A stretch of DNA of 64,000 nt, taken from Gemmatales bacterium. Its GTDB lineage: Bacteria; Planctomycetota; Planctomycetia; Gemmatales; HRBIN36. The notes beneath the pieces were generated by a model, which was given only the letters and a program-made list of their open reading frames with translations, searched no databases and was not told the origin of the DNA. The stretch spans positions 52,673-116,672 of the forward strand of contig JBEPZY010000003.1 of assembly GCA_041640595.1 (NCBI GenBank), in the 5' to 3' direction. Within the stretch, counting starts at the first letter, position 1, and each line of letters opens with the position of its first letter. Positions 50,596 through 60,557 of this stretch are shown here, piece after piece. The translations under genes were made by a program, and so were the position numbers.

Positions 50596-51093
50596 ATGCG
50601 AAACTGGAAACGTGACGCCCTGCTGCTGATCCTCGTGCCGAGCTTGGCCCTGGTGGCTGGGCTTGTCGTGGCGCAGAGCAAACGCGAACCGCCTTCGGTT
50701 GTCGCCGCCCGCAAAAAGTTGCAGACCCGCATCAGCGTCGAATTCAACAATACCCGCCTGGAAGAGTGTCTCGAAGAGATCAAAAGCCAGGTCGAGGGAC
50801 TCAATTTTTATCGCGGTGTCGGCGTCTCGAACAACCTGACCATCACCTACGTGGGCAAAGACCAGACGGTTGACCAGGTGTTGCGGGGCATGTTCAAAGG
50901 CAAAGGACTCGGCTATGTCATCCATCGCGCGACCAAACCCGGCGACCGCTACGATGGCTGGATTCAGATTGTTCAGGGAGATGTTTTCGGCGACGTGGAC
51001 CCGCCCCTGGAAGAGAAACCGGAGAAACCGGAAAAACCGCAGAAGCCCTCCGATAAACCCGGCACAAAACCCACGCCCAAAACCAAACCGTGA
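50596..51093 (+). CDS. Small exported protein with STN-like domain and Lys/Pro tail
   Basis: GGAGG RBS; signal peptide; ISVEFNNTRLEECLEEI...TVDQVLRGMFKGKGLGYVI. Confidence 0.65.
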   Translation: MRNWKRDALLLILVPSLALVAGLVVAQSKREPPSVVAARKKLQTRISVEFNNTRLEECLEEIKSQVEGLNFYRGVGVSNNLTITYVGKDQTVDQVLRGMFKGKGLGYVIHRATKPGDRYDGWIQIVQGDVFGDVDPPLEEKPEKPEKPQKPSDKPGTKPTPKTKP

Positions 51094-51334
51094 TCGGCTC
51101 GCTCTCTCGTAAAGGCTCGCTCCCGCAGAAGGTTCTTCAGCAAAACGCAAAACGTCCCTTCCGCAATCCACAAACGCTCCTTCCGCCAAAAGATCTCTTC
51201 CGCGGAAGATCCATGCCGCCCACAAGCCATTACTTGGTCATCACCCAGCCGTTACCTGCACCTGCCCCCAATTTCCAGCACCTGCACTCAATCTCCACTA
51301 AATAACCGGGCACAAAACAACGAGGTGTACACAA

Positions 51335-52830
51335 CCAGGAGCGGCTGGCGTAAGCCAGCCGTGGTTGTGAAACGGATCGCCCGTGCAAAACGGAGCCACG
51401 TAACCGCAACGATTCGCGTGCGCCCGTCAAGAGCGGCACCAAGAGCGGCTGGCGTAAGCCAGCCGTTGCACGCGGACGTACTTGGTCGTTGAAAACGCGT
51501 GCATCTGCAACTGCGTTACCCAACCACGGCGGGCTGTCTTCGCCGAAAATTGTTCGCTTCGCCCTGCAAGCGCGACCCGTTACCGTAGCCCGGCGGGCTG
51601 ACGCCCGCCGCTCTTGTAGAACATGCATTTGTGCAACGCGAATGTCGTTATTTTTCAGCGGACTGGCGTCGTGCACCAAGAGCGGCTGGCGTAAGCCAGC
51701 CGTGGGGTACGATCCGATCGTGCGTGGTGAACGTGATCACTTCCACCCCGCGAAAACCGATCGCAATTGCAGGTGGGGTTTTCAGTCCCACGGCGGGCTG
51801 ACGCCCGCCGCTCCTGGTTGCATGCACGGATGCGGCTACCGATCGGCGTTTTCGGTTTGCAACAACGTTACGTTACCCACGGTGGGCTGACGCCCGCCGC
51901 TCTTGATGCGGCGCTCGTCGTTCGCCGAACATGGTTCGGTCCGCCCTGCAAGCGCGACCGGTTACCGATCCACGGCGGGCTGACGCCCGCCGCTCTTGCA
52001 GAACGTGCGTTTGTGCACCGCGAATGTCGTTATTTTTCAGTAGACCGGCGTCGTGCATCAGGAGCGGCTGGCGTGAGCCAGCCGTGGTGCGCCGACGTAC
52101 TGGTTCGGCGGAGAGCGCCCGCATCCGCAACTACGTTACCGAACCACGGCGGGCTGACGCCCGCCGCTGTTGTAAACGAGCGTTCGTGTATCGCACAAGT
52201 CGCAGTTTCGCCGGCAATTGTCCGCACCGCTGAACCACCAGGGGCGGGGCGTAAGCTCCCCGTGGCATGCGAGCATCCTCGTTCGACAAGAAACGCTCAG
52301 TGCTGCCGGCGCGATTGCCGAACCACGGCGGGCTGACACCCGCCGCTCTTGTGAACGTGCGTTTGTGCACCGCGAATGTCGTTATTTTTTAGCGGACCGG
52401 CTTCGTGCACGAGGAGCGGCTGGCGTAAGCCAGCCGTGGTGCGCCGACGTACTCGTTCGGCGAAGAGCGCCCGCATCCGCAACTACGTTACGGACCCACG
52501 GCGGGCTGACGCCCGCCGCTCCTGCTGATGTGCATTTGTGCATCGCAAAAATCGCTATTTCGCCGGCGGACATTCGCACGCCAATACAAGAGCGGGGGGC
52601 GTCAGCCCCCCGTGGATTCGCTACCGCGACTGCACCGGAGTTCGTGACCGCACCGTTGACAGACTCCCGCGACTTTGCGGAAGCGTACTGACAAGTGCGT
52701 TTCCCGAACCACGGCGGGCTGACGCCCGCCGCTCCTAGTTGCACATACGGATGCGGCTGCCGATCGGCGTTTTCGGTTTGCAACAACGTTACGTCCCCCA
52801 CGGCGGGCTGACGCCCGCCGCTCCTGGTGA
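51335..52830. repeat. REP/BIME-like mosaic cluster 4, inverted relative to clusters 1-3
   Basis: CCACGGCGGGC-TGAC-GCCCGCCGCTC hairpins and reverse-complement linkers. Confidence 0.9.
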
Positions 52831-52890
52831 GGGGTAACGTTCGCATCGTTAGAGGCGCGGAGTGCGGCGAAGAGTCGCGATTCTAGCCGA

Positions 52891-53505
52891 TACGTTGGGC
52901 GACACGTTCGGGGCACTCATTGGTCGGACGCGGTAGCGGTTAGCTGTCGCGTCGCCTAGCCGATTCGCTTGGCGATACGTTCGGTTTATGCCACGTCGTC
53001 GCGGACGGCCCAGGACGTTGGGCGACATGTTCGGGGGCACTCATTGGTCGGACGCGGTAGCGGTTAGCTGCTGCGCCGCCTAGCTGATTCGCTTGGCAAT
53101 ACGTTCGCTTTATGCCACGTCGTCGCGGACGGCCCAGGACGTTGGGCGACGTGTTCGGGGGCACTCATTGGTTGGACGCGGTAGCGGTTAGCTGTCGCGC
53201 CGCTAGCCGATTCGCTTGGCGATACGTTCGGTTTATGCCACGTCGTCGCGGACAGCCCAGGACGTTGGGCGACGTGTTCGGGGCACTCGTTGGTTGGACG
53301 CGGTAGCGGTTAGCTGCTGCGTCGCCTAGCCGATTCGCTTGGCGATACGTTCGCTTTATGCCACGTCGTCGCGGACGGCCCAGGACGTTGGGCGACATGT
53401 TCGGGGGCACTCATTGGTCGGACGCGGTAGCGGTTAGCTGCTGCGCCGCTAGCTGATTTGCTTGGCGATACGTTCGCTTTATGCCACGTCGTCGCGGACG
53501 GTCCA
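52891..53505. repeat. Five-unit tandem repeat, period 122-124 bp
   Basis: GCACTC anchors at 52913, 53037, 53161, 53283, 53407. Confidence 0.93.
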
Positions 53506-53652
53506 GGTGTTGGACCACAATCCTAGCGGATTCGTTTAGCGACACGCTCGGGAAGCACTAGGCGGCGGGCCGAATAAGCCCCCTTCGTCGCGATTTTGAC
53601 CGATTCGTTCCGCGAAGCGTCCTGGTGCCAGGTTTGCGGGAAAAGCTGACCG

Positions 53653-55284
53653 GTGCGAACATGCGGATTGGAATGTCAGCGGCATGTCGTTGATGTACGC
53701 CGCGGAGCGGTTTTCGCTGGGGGAAGTGTTCATTTTGTCCGAACAATACGATGTGGGATGCAACGTGGAATCCGCGGCATGGAAAGTTCGTACCGAACGC
53801 ATCTGGGTCTTGCTCACCGCAGCGCTGGTCAGCCGGTTGACGTCAACGTCACCGCTGAGCACTGCCACCCTGGTCAGGTTCATTGCAGCGCTGGCCAGCC
53901 CGGCCGGGGAAATCCTGGGGCGCATGACGGGCCTGATCGGCGAGGTCGGGCATTACGTCCACCGGGCCGATTACGTACCCTGTTCACCGGGTTGCTCCTG
54001 GTCGGGTTGCTGTTTGGTTCCGGCCCTGGCTGGTCGCAGTTGCCGGAGCCGTTTTATGTCGCTCAGCCAGCGTTTCGCATCCCTTTCCAGATAGACGAAA
54101 GCGAGCAAAGCCGACTCCGCGAGGTGCAATTGCTGGTTTCGCTGGATCAGGGGCAATCGTGGCAGCAGGTGGCGCGAGCGGGACCGCAGGATCGTTACTT
54201 CGCCTATCGGGCTGCCGGGGATGGTACCTACTGGTTTGTCGTGCGCACCGTGGACAGCGAAGGTCGCATGTATCCCGCCAGTCTGGAGGGAGCGCGACCG
54301 GGATTGGTGGTGATCGTGGATAGCGTGGCGCCGCGAGTTTCGCTGCAAGCCTTGCCGCCGCGTGGTTCGGAAGTGGGGGTCAGCTGGGAGGTGCAGGACG
54401 AATACCCCGATCTGAGCAACCTGGAACTGGAATGGCGGGCTGCCGGTGGGGATTGGCAACCGCTGGCGGTGGACCGTCTGGCTCGGGGCAGCAAATACTG
54501 GACGCCGACAGCGCGGGGCCCGGTGGAAGTGCGGTTGCGCGTGCGTGATCGTGCCGGCAATGCGGGCCAGGCTTCGGCAGTGTTGCCCACCGGAACTGGC
54601 GTAGCTGACCAGGGAAGTGGTTCGGCTTCTGGAGCGGCCGGCTCGACTCTGGGCGGAATACCCCTGCGTATCGTCAACAGCAGCGAGGTGAGCCTGGCTT
54701 ATTCCATCGAAGATGTCGGACCATCGGGCATCGCTTCGGTCGAGTTGTGGATGACCCGCGATGGCAAAAGCTGGAGTAAGGTCGGCGAAGACGAAGACCG
54801 CATCTCGCCGATCGTCGCCCGGTTGCCGGGAGAAGGCGTGTACGGCCTGACGCTGGTCGTTCGTAATGGTGTTGGGAACGGTCAGCCTCCACCGCGTGCA
54901 GGCGACCCACCGCAACTGTGGCTGGAAGTGGACCTGACGCCGCCACGGGTGCAAATTCTGGGCTGCGAACCGGCTCGCGGCGGCGAAAACGGATTGCTCA
55001 CGGTAACCTGGTCGGCCAGCGACAAAAACCTCGCCAGCCGGCCCATCTCCCTTTACTACGCCACTCGTCCGGAAGGACCCTGGACGACTATCGTTTCCGG
55101 TTTGGACAACACGGGAAAGTACGTCTGGCGGATTCCCAACGGCACGCCGTATCAGTTTTATGTCCGCGTCGAGGCGGTGGATCGTGCGGGCAATGTCGGG
55201 ACCGCGGAAACGCCTAAACCGGTGATTGTGGATTTGTCCGTGCCGCGGGGTCGGTTGCTGGGTATCGAAGGCCAGCCCCGTTGA
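53653..55284 (+). CDS. Exported protein with duplicated Ig/FN3-like beta-sandwich modules
   Basis: Signal-like LFTGLLLVGLLFG; repeated module DGTYWFVVRT / EGVYGLTLVV, VDSVAP / VDLTPP, DRAGN twice; true start probably downstream of 53653. Confidence 0.72.
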   Translation: MRTCGLECQRHVVDVRRGAVFAGGSVHFVRTIRCGMQRGIRGMESSYRTHLGLAHRSAGQPVDVNVTAEHCHPGQVHCSAGQPGRGNPGAHDGPDRRGRALRPPGRLRTLFTGLLLVGLLFGSGPGWSQLPEPFYVAQPAFRIPFQIDESEQSRLREVQLLVSLDQGQSWQQVARAGPQDRYFAYRAAGDGTYWFVVRTVDSEGRMYPASLEGARPGLVVIVDSVAPRVSLQALPPRGSEVGVSWEVQDEYPDLSNLELEWRAAGGDWQPLAVDRLARGSKYWTPTARGPVEVRLRVRDRAGNAGQASAVLPTGTGVADQGSGSASGAAGSTLGGIPLRIVNSSEVSLAYSIEDVGPSGIASVELWMTRDGKSWSKVGEDEDRISPIVARLPGEGVYGLTLVVRNGVGNGQPPPRAGDPPQLWLEVDLTPPRVQILGCEPARGGENGLLTVTWSASDKNLASRPISLYYATRPEGPWTTIVSGLDNTGKYVWRIPNGTPYQFYVRVEAVDRAGNVGTAETPKPVIVDLSVPRGRLLGIEGQPR

Positions 55285-55327
55285 CCCTTACAATGACACC
55301 GACGATTCGCTAAAACCGGGATGGACG

Positions 55328-56425
55328 ATGGACGAAGTGTTCATGCGGCGTGCGCTGGAACTGGCCCGACGTGGTGAAGGGTACGTCGAACCCAACCCGA
55401 TGGTCGGTGCCGTGCTGGTGCGCGAGGGCGAAATCGTCGGCGAGGGCTGGCACCAGCGCTACGGTGGCCCGCATGCCGAAATCGTCGCTCTCGAACAAGC
55501 CGGTACGCACGCTCGCGGGGCCACGCTGTACGTTACCCTGGAACCGTGCTGCCACTGGGGCAAAACGCCGCCCTGCACCGACGCGATCCTTCGCTCCGGC
55601 ATCCGCCGTGTCGTCGCCGCCATGCTCGATCCGTTTCCGGCAGTGAGCGGCCGCGGTCTGGAAATCCTGCGACAACACGGACTCGAAGTGCAGGTCGGGC
55701 TGCTCGAGTCTGAAGCACGCGAACTCAACGCTCCTTATCTCAAGCGTGTGCTGCGGGGCCGACCCTGGGTCATTGCCAAGTGGGCCATGTCGCTGGACGG
55801 CAAGATTGCCACACGCACCGGCGAGTCGAAATGGCTCAGCAGTGAAGCCTCGCGGCAACTGGCCCGGCAATGGCGCGGTCGCATGGACGCCATCCTGGTC
55901 GGCATCGGAACCGCTTTACGCGATGATCCTGCTTTGACAGCGCCGCCGGATAGTCCGCGACAACCGGTGCGGATGGTTCTCGACACGCACCTGCGTTTAC
56001 CGCTGCATTCGCAGCTGGTGCAAACCGCTCGCCAGACACCGCTCCTGGTCGCTCACGGTCCGGAAATTGATCCCCGCCATCGCCACCAGTTGCAGCAAGC
56101 CGGCGTGGAATGCCTGCCCTTGCCGCTGCAATCGGGTCGGGTGTGTGTGCTTGCGTTGCTGGACGAACTGGGGCGGCGGCAGATGACCAACCTGCTCGTC
56201 GAGGGTGGCGGTCAGGTGCTGGGAAGTTTTCTGGATAGCGGCGAAGTGGATGAGGTGCGCGTCTTCGTCAGCCCCATGCTCATTGGTGGTAACCACGCCC
56301 CGACACCAATCGCCGGCGAAGGCATTTCCAGATTGGCAGACGTATTCCGCCTCCACACCTTCCAGACGCAAACCGTCGGCACCGACGTCCTGATCACCGG
56401 CCGTCTGCGCACGTTCCCAACGTAA
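55328..56425 (+). CDS. ribD: Bifunctional riboflavin biosynthesis deaminase/reductase RibD
   Basis: PNPMVGAV, HAE, TLEPCCHWGKTPPC, SLDGKIA, LLVEGGG. Confidence 0.96.
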   Translation: MDEVFMRRALELARRGEGYVEPNPMVGAVLVREGEIVGEGWHQRYGGPHAEIVALEQAGTHARGATLYVTLEPCCHWGKTPPCTDAILRSGIRRVVAAMLDPFPAVSGRGLEILRQHGLEVQVGLLESEARELNAPYLKRVLRGRPWVIAKWAMSLDGKIATRTGESKWLSSEASRQLARQWRGRMDAILVGIGTALRDDPALTAPPDSPRQPVRMVLDTHLRLPLHSQLVQTARQTPLLVAHGPEIDPRHRHQLQQAGVECLPLPLQSGRVCVLALLDELGRRQMTNLLVEGGGQVLGSFLDSGEVDEVRVFVSPMLIGGNHAPTPIAGEGISRLADVFRLHTFQTQTVGTDVLITGRLRTFPT

Positions 56426-56471
56426 TCCCAAACTTCGGCCAACTGCCCCGTTTCTCCAGACCCGCCACGTT

Positions 56472-56627
56472 CGGATAATATGCCTGCGTAATTCCGGCTC
56501 AACGCGCGATGGTCGTAACTCCACCAACCTTGTCCCCGGATAATATGCCTGCGTAATTCCATGGATGGGAAGGCTCTAAGCTCAAGCATGGCCCGCTTGT
56601 CCCCGGATAATATGCCTGCGTAATTCC
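56472..56627. repeat. Three-copy repeat with CRISPR-like geometry (no cas genes seen)
   Basis: CGGATAATATGCCTGCGTAATTCC at 56472, 56537, 56604; copies 2 and 3 identical over 32 bp; 33 and 35 bp spacers. Confidence 0.85.
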
Positions 56628-56732
56628 AACTCCACCTGCACGCTATTACGCCCACCCAGAGCCACCAGCTCCCAGGCGGGAAGACGACGACAGGCCGGGC
56701 GTAGCAACGAAAACATCGAGGAGGGTACCGAC

Positions 56733-57833
56733 ATGCGTGGGTGCGTGATATTGCCGCTGGTGCTGGTACTTGCAGCAAGCCCCTGCGCGGCCGAGCCCAA
56801 ACGCTCAACCGTGGTGAGCATCGTGGGGGAGAAGTTCTACATCAATGGCCAGCCCACGTACAAAGGCCGCGTATGGAATGGTCTGCCGATTGAGGGGCTG
56901 CTGTTCAACAGCCGCATGGTGCAGGCCATTTTCGACGACCGCAATCCGCAGACGGTGTCGCGCTGGGCCTACCCGGACACCGGAAAATGGGACCCCGACC
57001 GCAACACCGCAGAATTCATCGAGATGATGCCCATCTGGCGCAAGCACGGATTGCTGGCCGTTACCATCAATTTGCAAGGAGGCAGCCCCGAAGGATATTC
57101 GAAAGCTCAGCCGTGGTACAACTCGGCGATCCTTCCCGACGGTTCGCTGGACGAAAAGTACATGGCCCGTCTGGAGAAGGTGCTGGACAGGGCCGACGAG
57201 CTCGGCATGGTGGTCATCCTCGGCCTGTATTACTTCGGACAGGACCAGCGAGTCAAGGACGAAAAAGCGGTTCTTGCTGGCGTGGATAATGCGGTGGATT
57301 GGCTCATTGCCCGAAAATACACCAATGTGCTGGTGGAGGTGAACAACGAGTGCGACGTCCGGGCCTATGACCACGACATTCTCAAACCGGATCGGGTGCA
57401 TGAACTCATCGAGCGGGTCAAAAAGCGTAGCGCTGAGAAAAACCATCCGCTCCTCGTGAGCACCAGTTACAGCGGCGGAGCCATCCCGAGACCGAATGTG
57501 GTGAAGGTGGCGGATTTCCTATTGCTGCACGGTAACGGTGTGAAAGACCCCAGGCGGATCACCGAGATGGTGCACCAGACCCGTCGCGTCGAAGGCTACC
57601 GACCGATGCCCATCCTCTTCAACGAGGACGATCATTACGACTTTGACAAGCCCGACAACAACTTCGTAGCAGCGATTCGTGCCTACGCTTCGTGGGGATA
57701 CTTTGACTATCGCAGGAAGGGCGAAGGATTCGATGAGGGCTACCAGAGCGTGCCGGTAAACTGGAAGATCAGCAGCGAACGCAAGCGGGGCTTTTTCCGA
57801 TTGCTCTCGGAAATCACCGGGGAAAAACCTTGA
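56733..57833 (+). CDS. Secreted putative glycoside hydrolase (clan GH-A-like)
   Basis: Signal peptide; RLEKVLDRADELGMVVILGLY, VEVNNECD, PILFNEDD; GAGGAGG RBS. Confidence 0.6.
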   Translation: MRGCVILPLVLVLAASPCAAEPKRSTVVSIVGEKFYINGQPTYKGRVWNGLPIEGLLFNSRMVQAIFDDRNPQTVSRWAYPDTGKWDPDRNTAEFIEMMPIWRKHGLLAVTINLQGGSPEGYSKAQPWYNSAILPDGSLDEKYMARLEKVLDRADELGMVVILGLYYFGQDQRVKDEKAVLAGVDNAVDWLIARKYTNVLVEVNNECDVRAYDHDILKPDRVHELIERVKKRSAEKNHPLLVSTSYSGGAIPRPNVVKVADFLLLHGNGVKDPRRITEMVHQTRRVEGYRPMPILFNEDDHYDFDKPDNNFVAAIRAYASWGYFDYRRKGEGFDEGYQSVPVNWKISSERKRGFFRLLSEITGEKP

Positions 57834-58594
57834 AGCTCCCAGCCACGGTGCTCATTACCGGTGCCAGTGGTAATCTCGGAGCCAAACTGGCCCGCCATCT
57901 CCGGGGTCGCACCCGTCTGGTGTTGCTCGACCAGAAAGGCGGCGAAGGAATCTACACTGCTGACCTGAGCGATTGGGGAGATTGGATACGTCATTTCGAG
58001 GGAGCGGAGGCGGTCGTTCACCTGGCCGGCGACCCCGTGGCCTACCATGACTGGCCCGAATTGCTCCGACCGAATGTGGACGCCATGCTCAACGTTTACG
58101 AAGCCGCCGCCATGCACGGAGTCCGGCGGTTCATTTTCGCCAGCTCCAACCACGTTATGGGGGGATACCAGGACGGTCCGCCCGTGCCGATCACCGAGAG
58201 TCTCCCGCCCAAACCGGGTTTGCGGTACACTGCCGACGGTGCCGAACGCTTCAGCGGTGCCTACGCCGCCACGAAATTATTTGGCGAACGTGTCGGCAGA
58301 CTTTACGCCCTGGCGCGCGGCATGGAAGTAATCGCCGTGCGCATCGGCTGGGTGTGGCGCGGCACCAACGAGCCGGAACATTTGCCAACTGAACGCGGCG
58401 AATGGTTCCGCAATATGTGGCTTTCCGATCGCGACTTCCTGCATCTGATGGAATGTTGCCTGACCGCTGCGTTGCCTGAGCGATTCCTGGTCGTGAACGG
58501 CATGTCGGCCAACACGGGCATGCGCTGGGATTTGACCACCGCTCGAACAATCCTCGGCTACTCGCCTCAGGACGACGTGCATCGCGGCAGATGA
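57830..58594 (+). CDS. NAD-dependent epimerase/dehydrogenase (uronate dehydrogenase-like)
   Basis: TGASGNLG, FASSNHVMG, YAATK, VRIG, WLSDRD; overlaps the upstream stop. Confidence 0.85.
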   Translation: MKLPATVLITGASGNLGAKLARHLRGRTRLVLLDQKGGEGIYTADLSDWGDWIRHFEGAEAVVHLAGDPVAYHDWPELLRPNVDAMLNVYEAAAMHGVRRFIFASSNHVMGGYQDGPPVPITESLPPKPGLRYTADGAERFSGAYAATKLFGERVGRLYALARGMEVIAVRIGWVWRGTNEPEHLPTERGEWFRNMWLSDRDFLHLMECCLTAALPERFLVVNGMSANTGMRWDLTTARTILGYSPQDDVHRGR

Positions 58595-58831
58595 TCACCG
58601 TCCGGACCGGCCTGGTGATCTGCGACGCTCCGACCAGACGCTGCAAAAAGTCGCGTTACTAATACTCCCTGCTTTCGCTACTAACGCTGCTCCTCCGAAC
58701 GCATCGTCCCCTGCAGACGGCAAACCCCGGAATTGAGTGCATGGTCGAATCTCCGCGGAGCGTGTACAACGCAATCAGGAATTTTCGGAGCAGCTTATCG
58801 ATCACGCACCACGACGGAGGGAGTGCCCACC

Positions 58832-59758
58832 ATGAAATACCTTGCGCAAGCCCCGGCTCGGCTTCTGGGCGTCGTTCTGTTCGCCATTCTGGCTTTGCAA
58901 ACGGGACAACTACTGCAGGAGCAAACTGCCCTTCCCGATCGCGAGGCCCTGCCGCCATCCGCAAGCGATGCCGTCGAAAGTGAGAAAAGCCAACCGTGCT
59001 TCACGCTTCTGGCCCCGCTCACCACGTTGGCGTGGAACGATCGGGGCGGGCAAACCCAAGCAGCGAGCGACACGGACGCGGCAAAGGCGAACGAGCCGGA
59101 CAGGCCCACTTCCCGCACACGCCGCTGCCTCGAAGGCTGGACGATCCTCGTGGACGATCGGCTCCTCCAGGCCCCGCATGACGAACTGGGCCGACGGGCC
59201 TTGCGATTCCTGGAAGCTAAGCTCGCAGACATCAAAGCCGTGGTTCCCAAAGATCGTCTCGAAAAACTGCAAGCGGTGCGCATCGTTCTCGACCTGAACC
59301 ACGGCAAGCTCCGCGCCATGCAGTACCATCCCAGCGTCGGCTGGCTCAAAGCCAACGGTTACTCCCCGGAGCTGGCCAAATGCGTTCATCTGCCAAGAGC
59401 CGCCGATGTAGCCACGCCGCGAAATATCCGCGAACAACCCTGGGTCATCCTCCACGAACTCGCCCACGCCTATCACGATCAGGTTCTCGGCTTCGAGGAA
59501 CCCCGTATCCTTGAGGCGTACCAGAAGTACAAAAAGAGCGGCCGCGGTGACAAAACGCTCCATTGCAGCGGCCGAAGAGTCAGACACTACGCGCTCACCA
59601 ACCAGATGGAATTTTTCGCGGAAATGACCGAAAGTTACTTCGGTGTCAACGACTTCTTTCCGTTCAACCGTGCCGAACTCAAAGAGTCGGAACCGGAAAT
59701 CTACGAGTTGATGCACACCATCTGGGAAGCCCCCGCCCCGCCCGCAAGCAAACCATGA
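58832..59758 (+). CDS. Exported zincin metallopeptidase
   Basis: HELAHAYH, HYALTNQMEFFAEMTESYF; GGAGG RBS before MKYL. Confidence 0.85.
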   Translation: MKYLAQAPARLLGVVLFAILALQTGQLLQEQTALPDREALPPSASDAVESEKSQPCFTLLAPLTTLAWNDRGGQTQAASDTDAAKANEPDRPTSRTRRCLEGWTILVDDRLLQAPHDELGRRALRFLEAKLADIKAVVPKDRLEKLQAVRIVLDLNHGKLRAMQYHPSVGWLKANGYSPELAKCVHLPRAADVATPRNIREQPWVILHELAHAYHDQVLGFEEPRILEAYQKYKKSGRGDKTLHCSGRRVRHYALTNQMEFFAEMTESYFGVNDFFPFNRAELKESEPEIYELMHTIWEAPAPPASKP

Positions 59759-60032
59759 GTCCTCACATCCGCGACGGCGGTACCCTCGACGATAACGCCG
59801 GCGTAATCAAAACCGCCCAGAACACCGGCGTAATCGAGACACCGACCGCACAAATTTTCTCGAACACCATGGCAAAAACCTGGCTGGATACCACCGACGA
59901 TACCCGCCCGCGGCACCGGAGTATGTACTTCAGCTCCTACAGCTTCGTACCGAAGCCCTCCACGTCGCTGAGGCTACCTGCGTCGGAATGGCTGCGTGCA
60001 CGGCCGACGTAGTTCCCCGATGATTCCATCAC

Positions 60033-60148
60033 CGCCACTCGATCTAAATGCACCTGTACCGAGCGTAAGGCTGACTAGCTGGCCAGGCGCATCACCCACT
60101 TAGCACGCCACTCGATCTAAATGCACCTGTGCCGAGTGTAAGGCAGAC
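60033..60148. repeat. 43-bp direct repeat pair, period 73 bp
   Basis: CGCCACTCGATCTAAATGCACCTGT... at 60033 and 60106, 3 mismatches. Confidence 0.88.
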
Positions 60149-60180
60149 GTGCTTCCCGGATGATTGCCGGAGGAAACAGA

Positions 60181-60379
60181 TACCCAGCACGTACCCTTCG
60201 CGTCAGCATGTCGAACCATTCATATCTGCGTCGAACCACACCACCGGGCCGCAGGGAACGAATTGGCGGTAAAGAAGATTTACCCAGCACGTACCCTTCG
60301 CGTCGGCATGTGGAACCATTCATAACTGCGTCGAACCGCACCACCGGGCCGCAGGGAACGGCTTGGCGGTAAAGAAGAT
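60181..60379. repeat. Tandem 100-bp repeat pair at the end of cassette copy A
   Basis: TACCCAGCACGTACCCTTCGCGTC... at 60181 and 60281. Confidence 0.9.
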
Positions 60380-60557
60380 TAGGGCCAGCTGCCAGAAGCT
60401 GGACTCACTGTCCGCCACGGCGACCGCCCCGGCGGTAAAAGACGTTGAACCATGAAGCGGCACTGCGCATGCTCGCCCACGCCGTTCGCCCTTAGTTTTC
60501 GCCCGCAACCAGCCATGTTTTCGACGGAGCGATTCCAGTTCTAAGCTTTCGGCAGGG

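Noticed and set aside
52849..53410. Repeat-protein ORFs in the 124-bp array
   Set aside because: Unit length is not a multiple of three, so frames shift and stop between units
59563..60012. 149 aa ORF overlapping the peptidase end, containing a 30-bp repeat
   Set aside because: No recognisable domain; too weak to call
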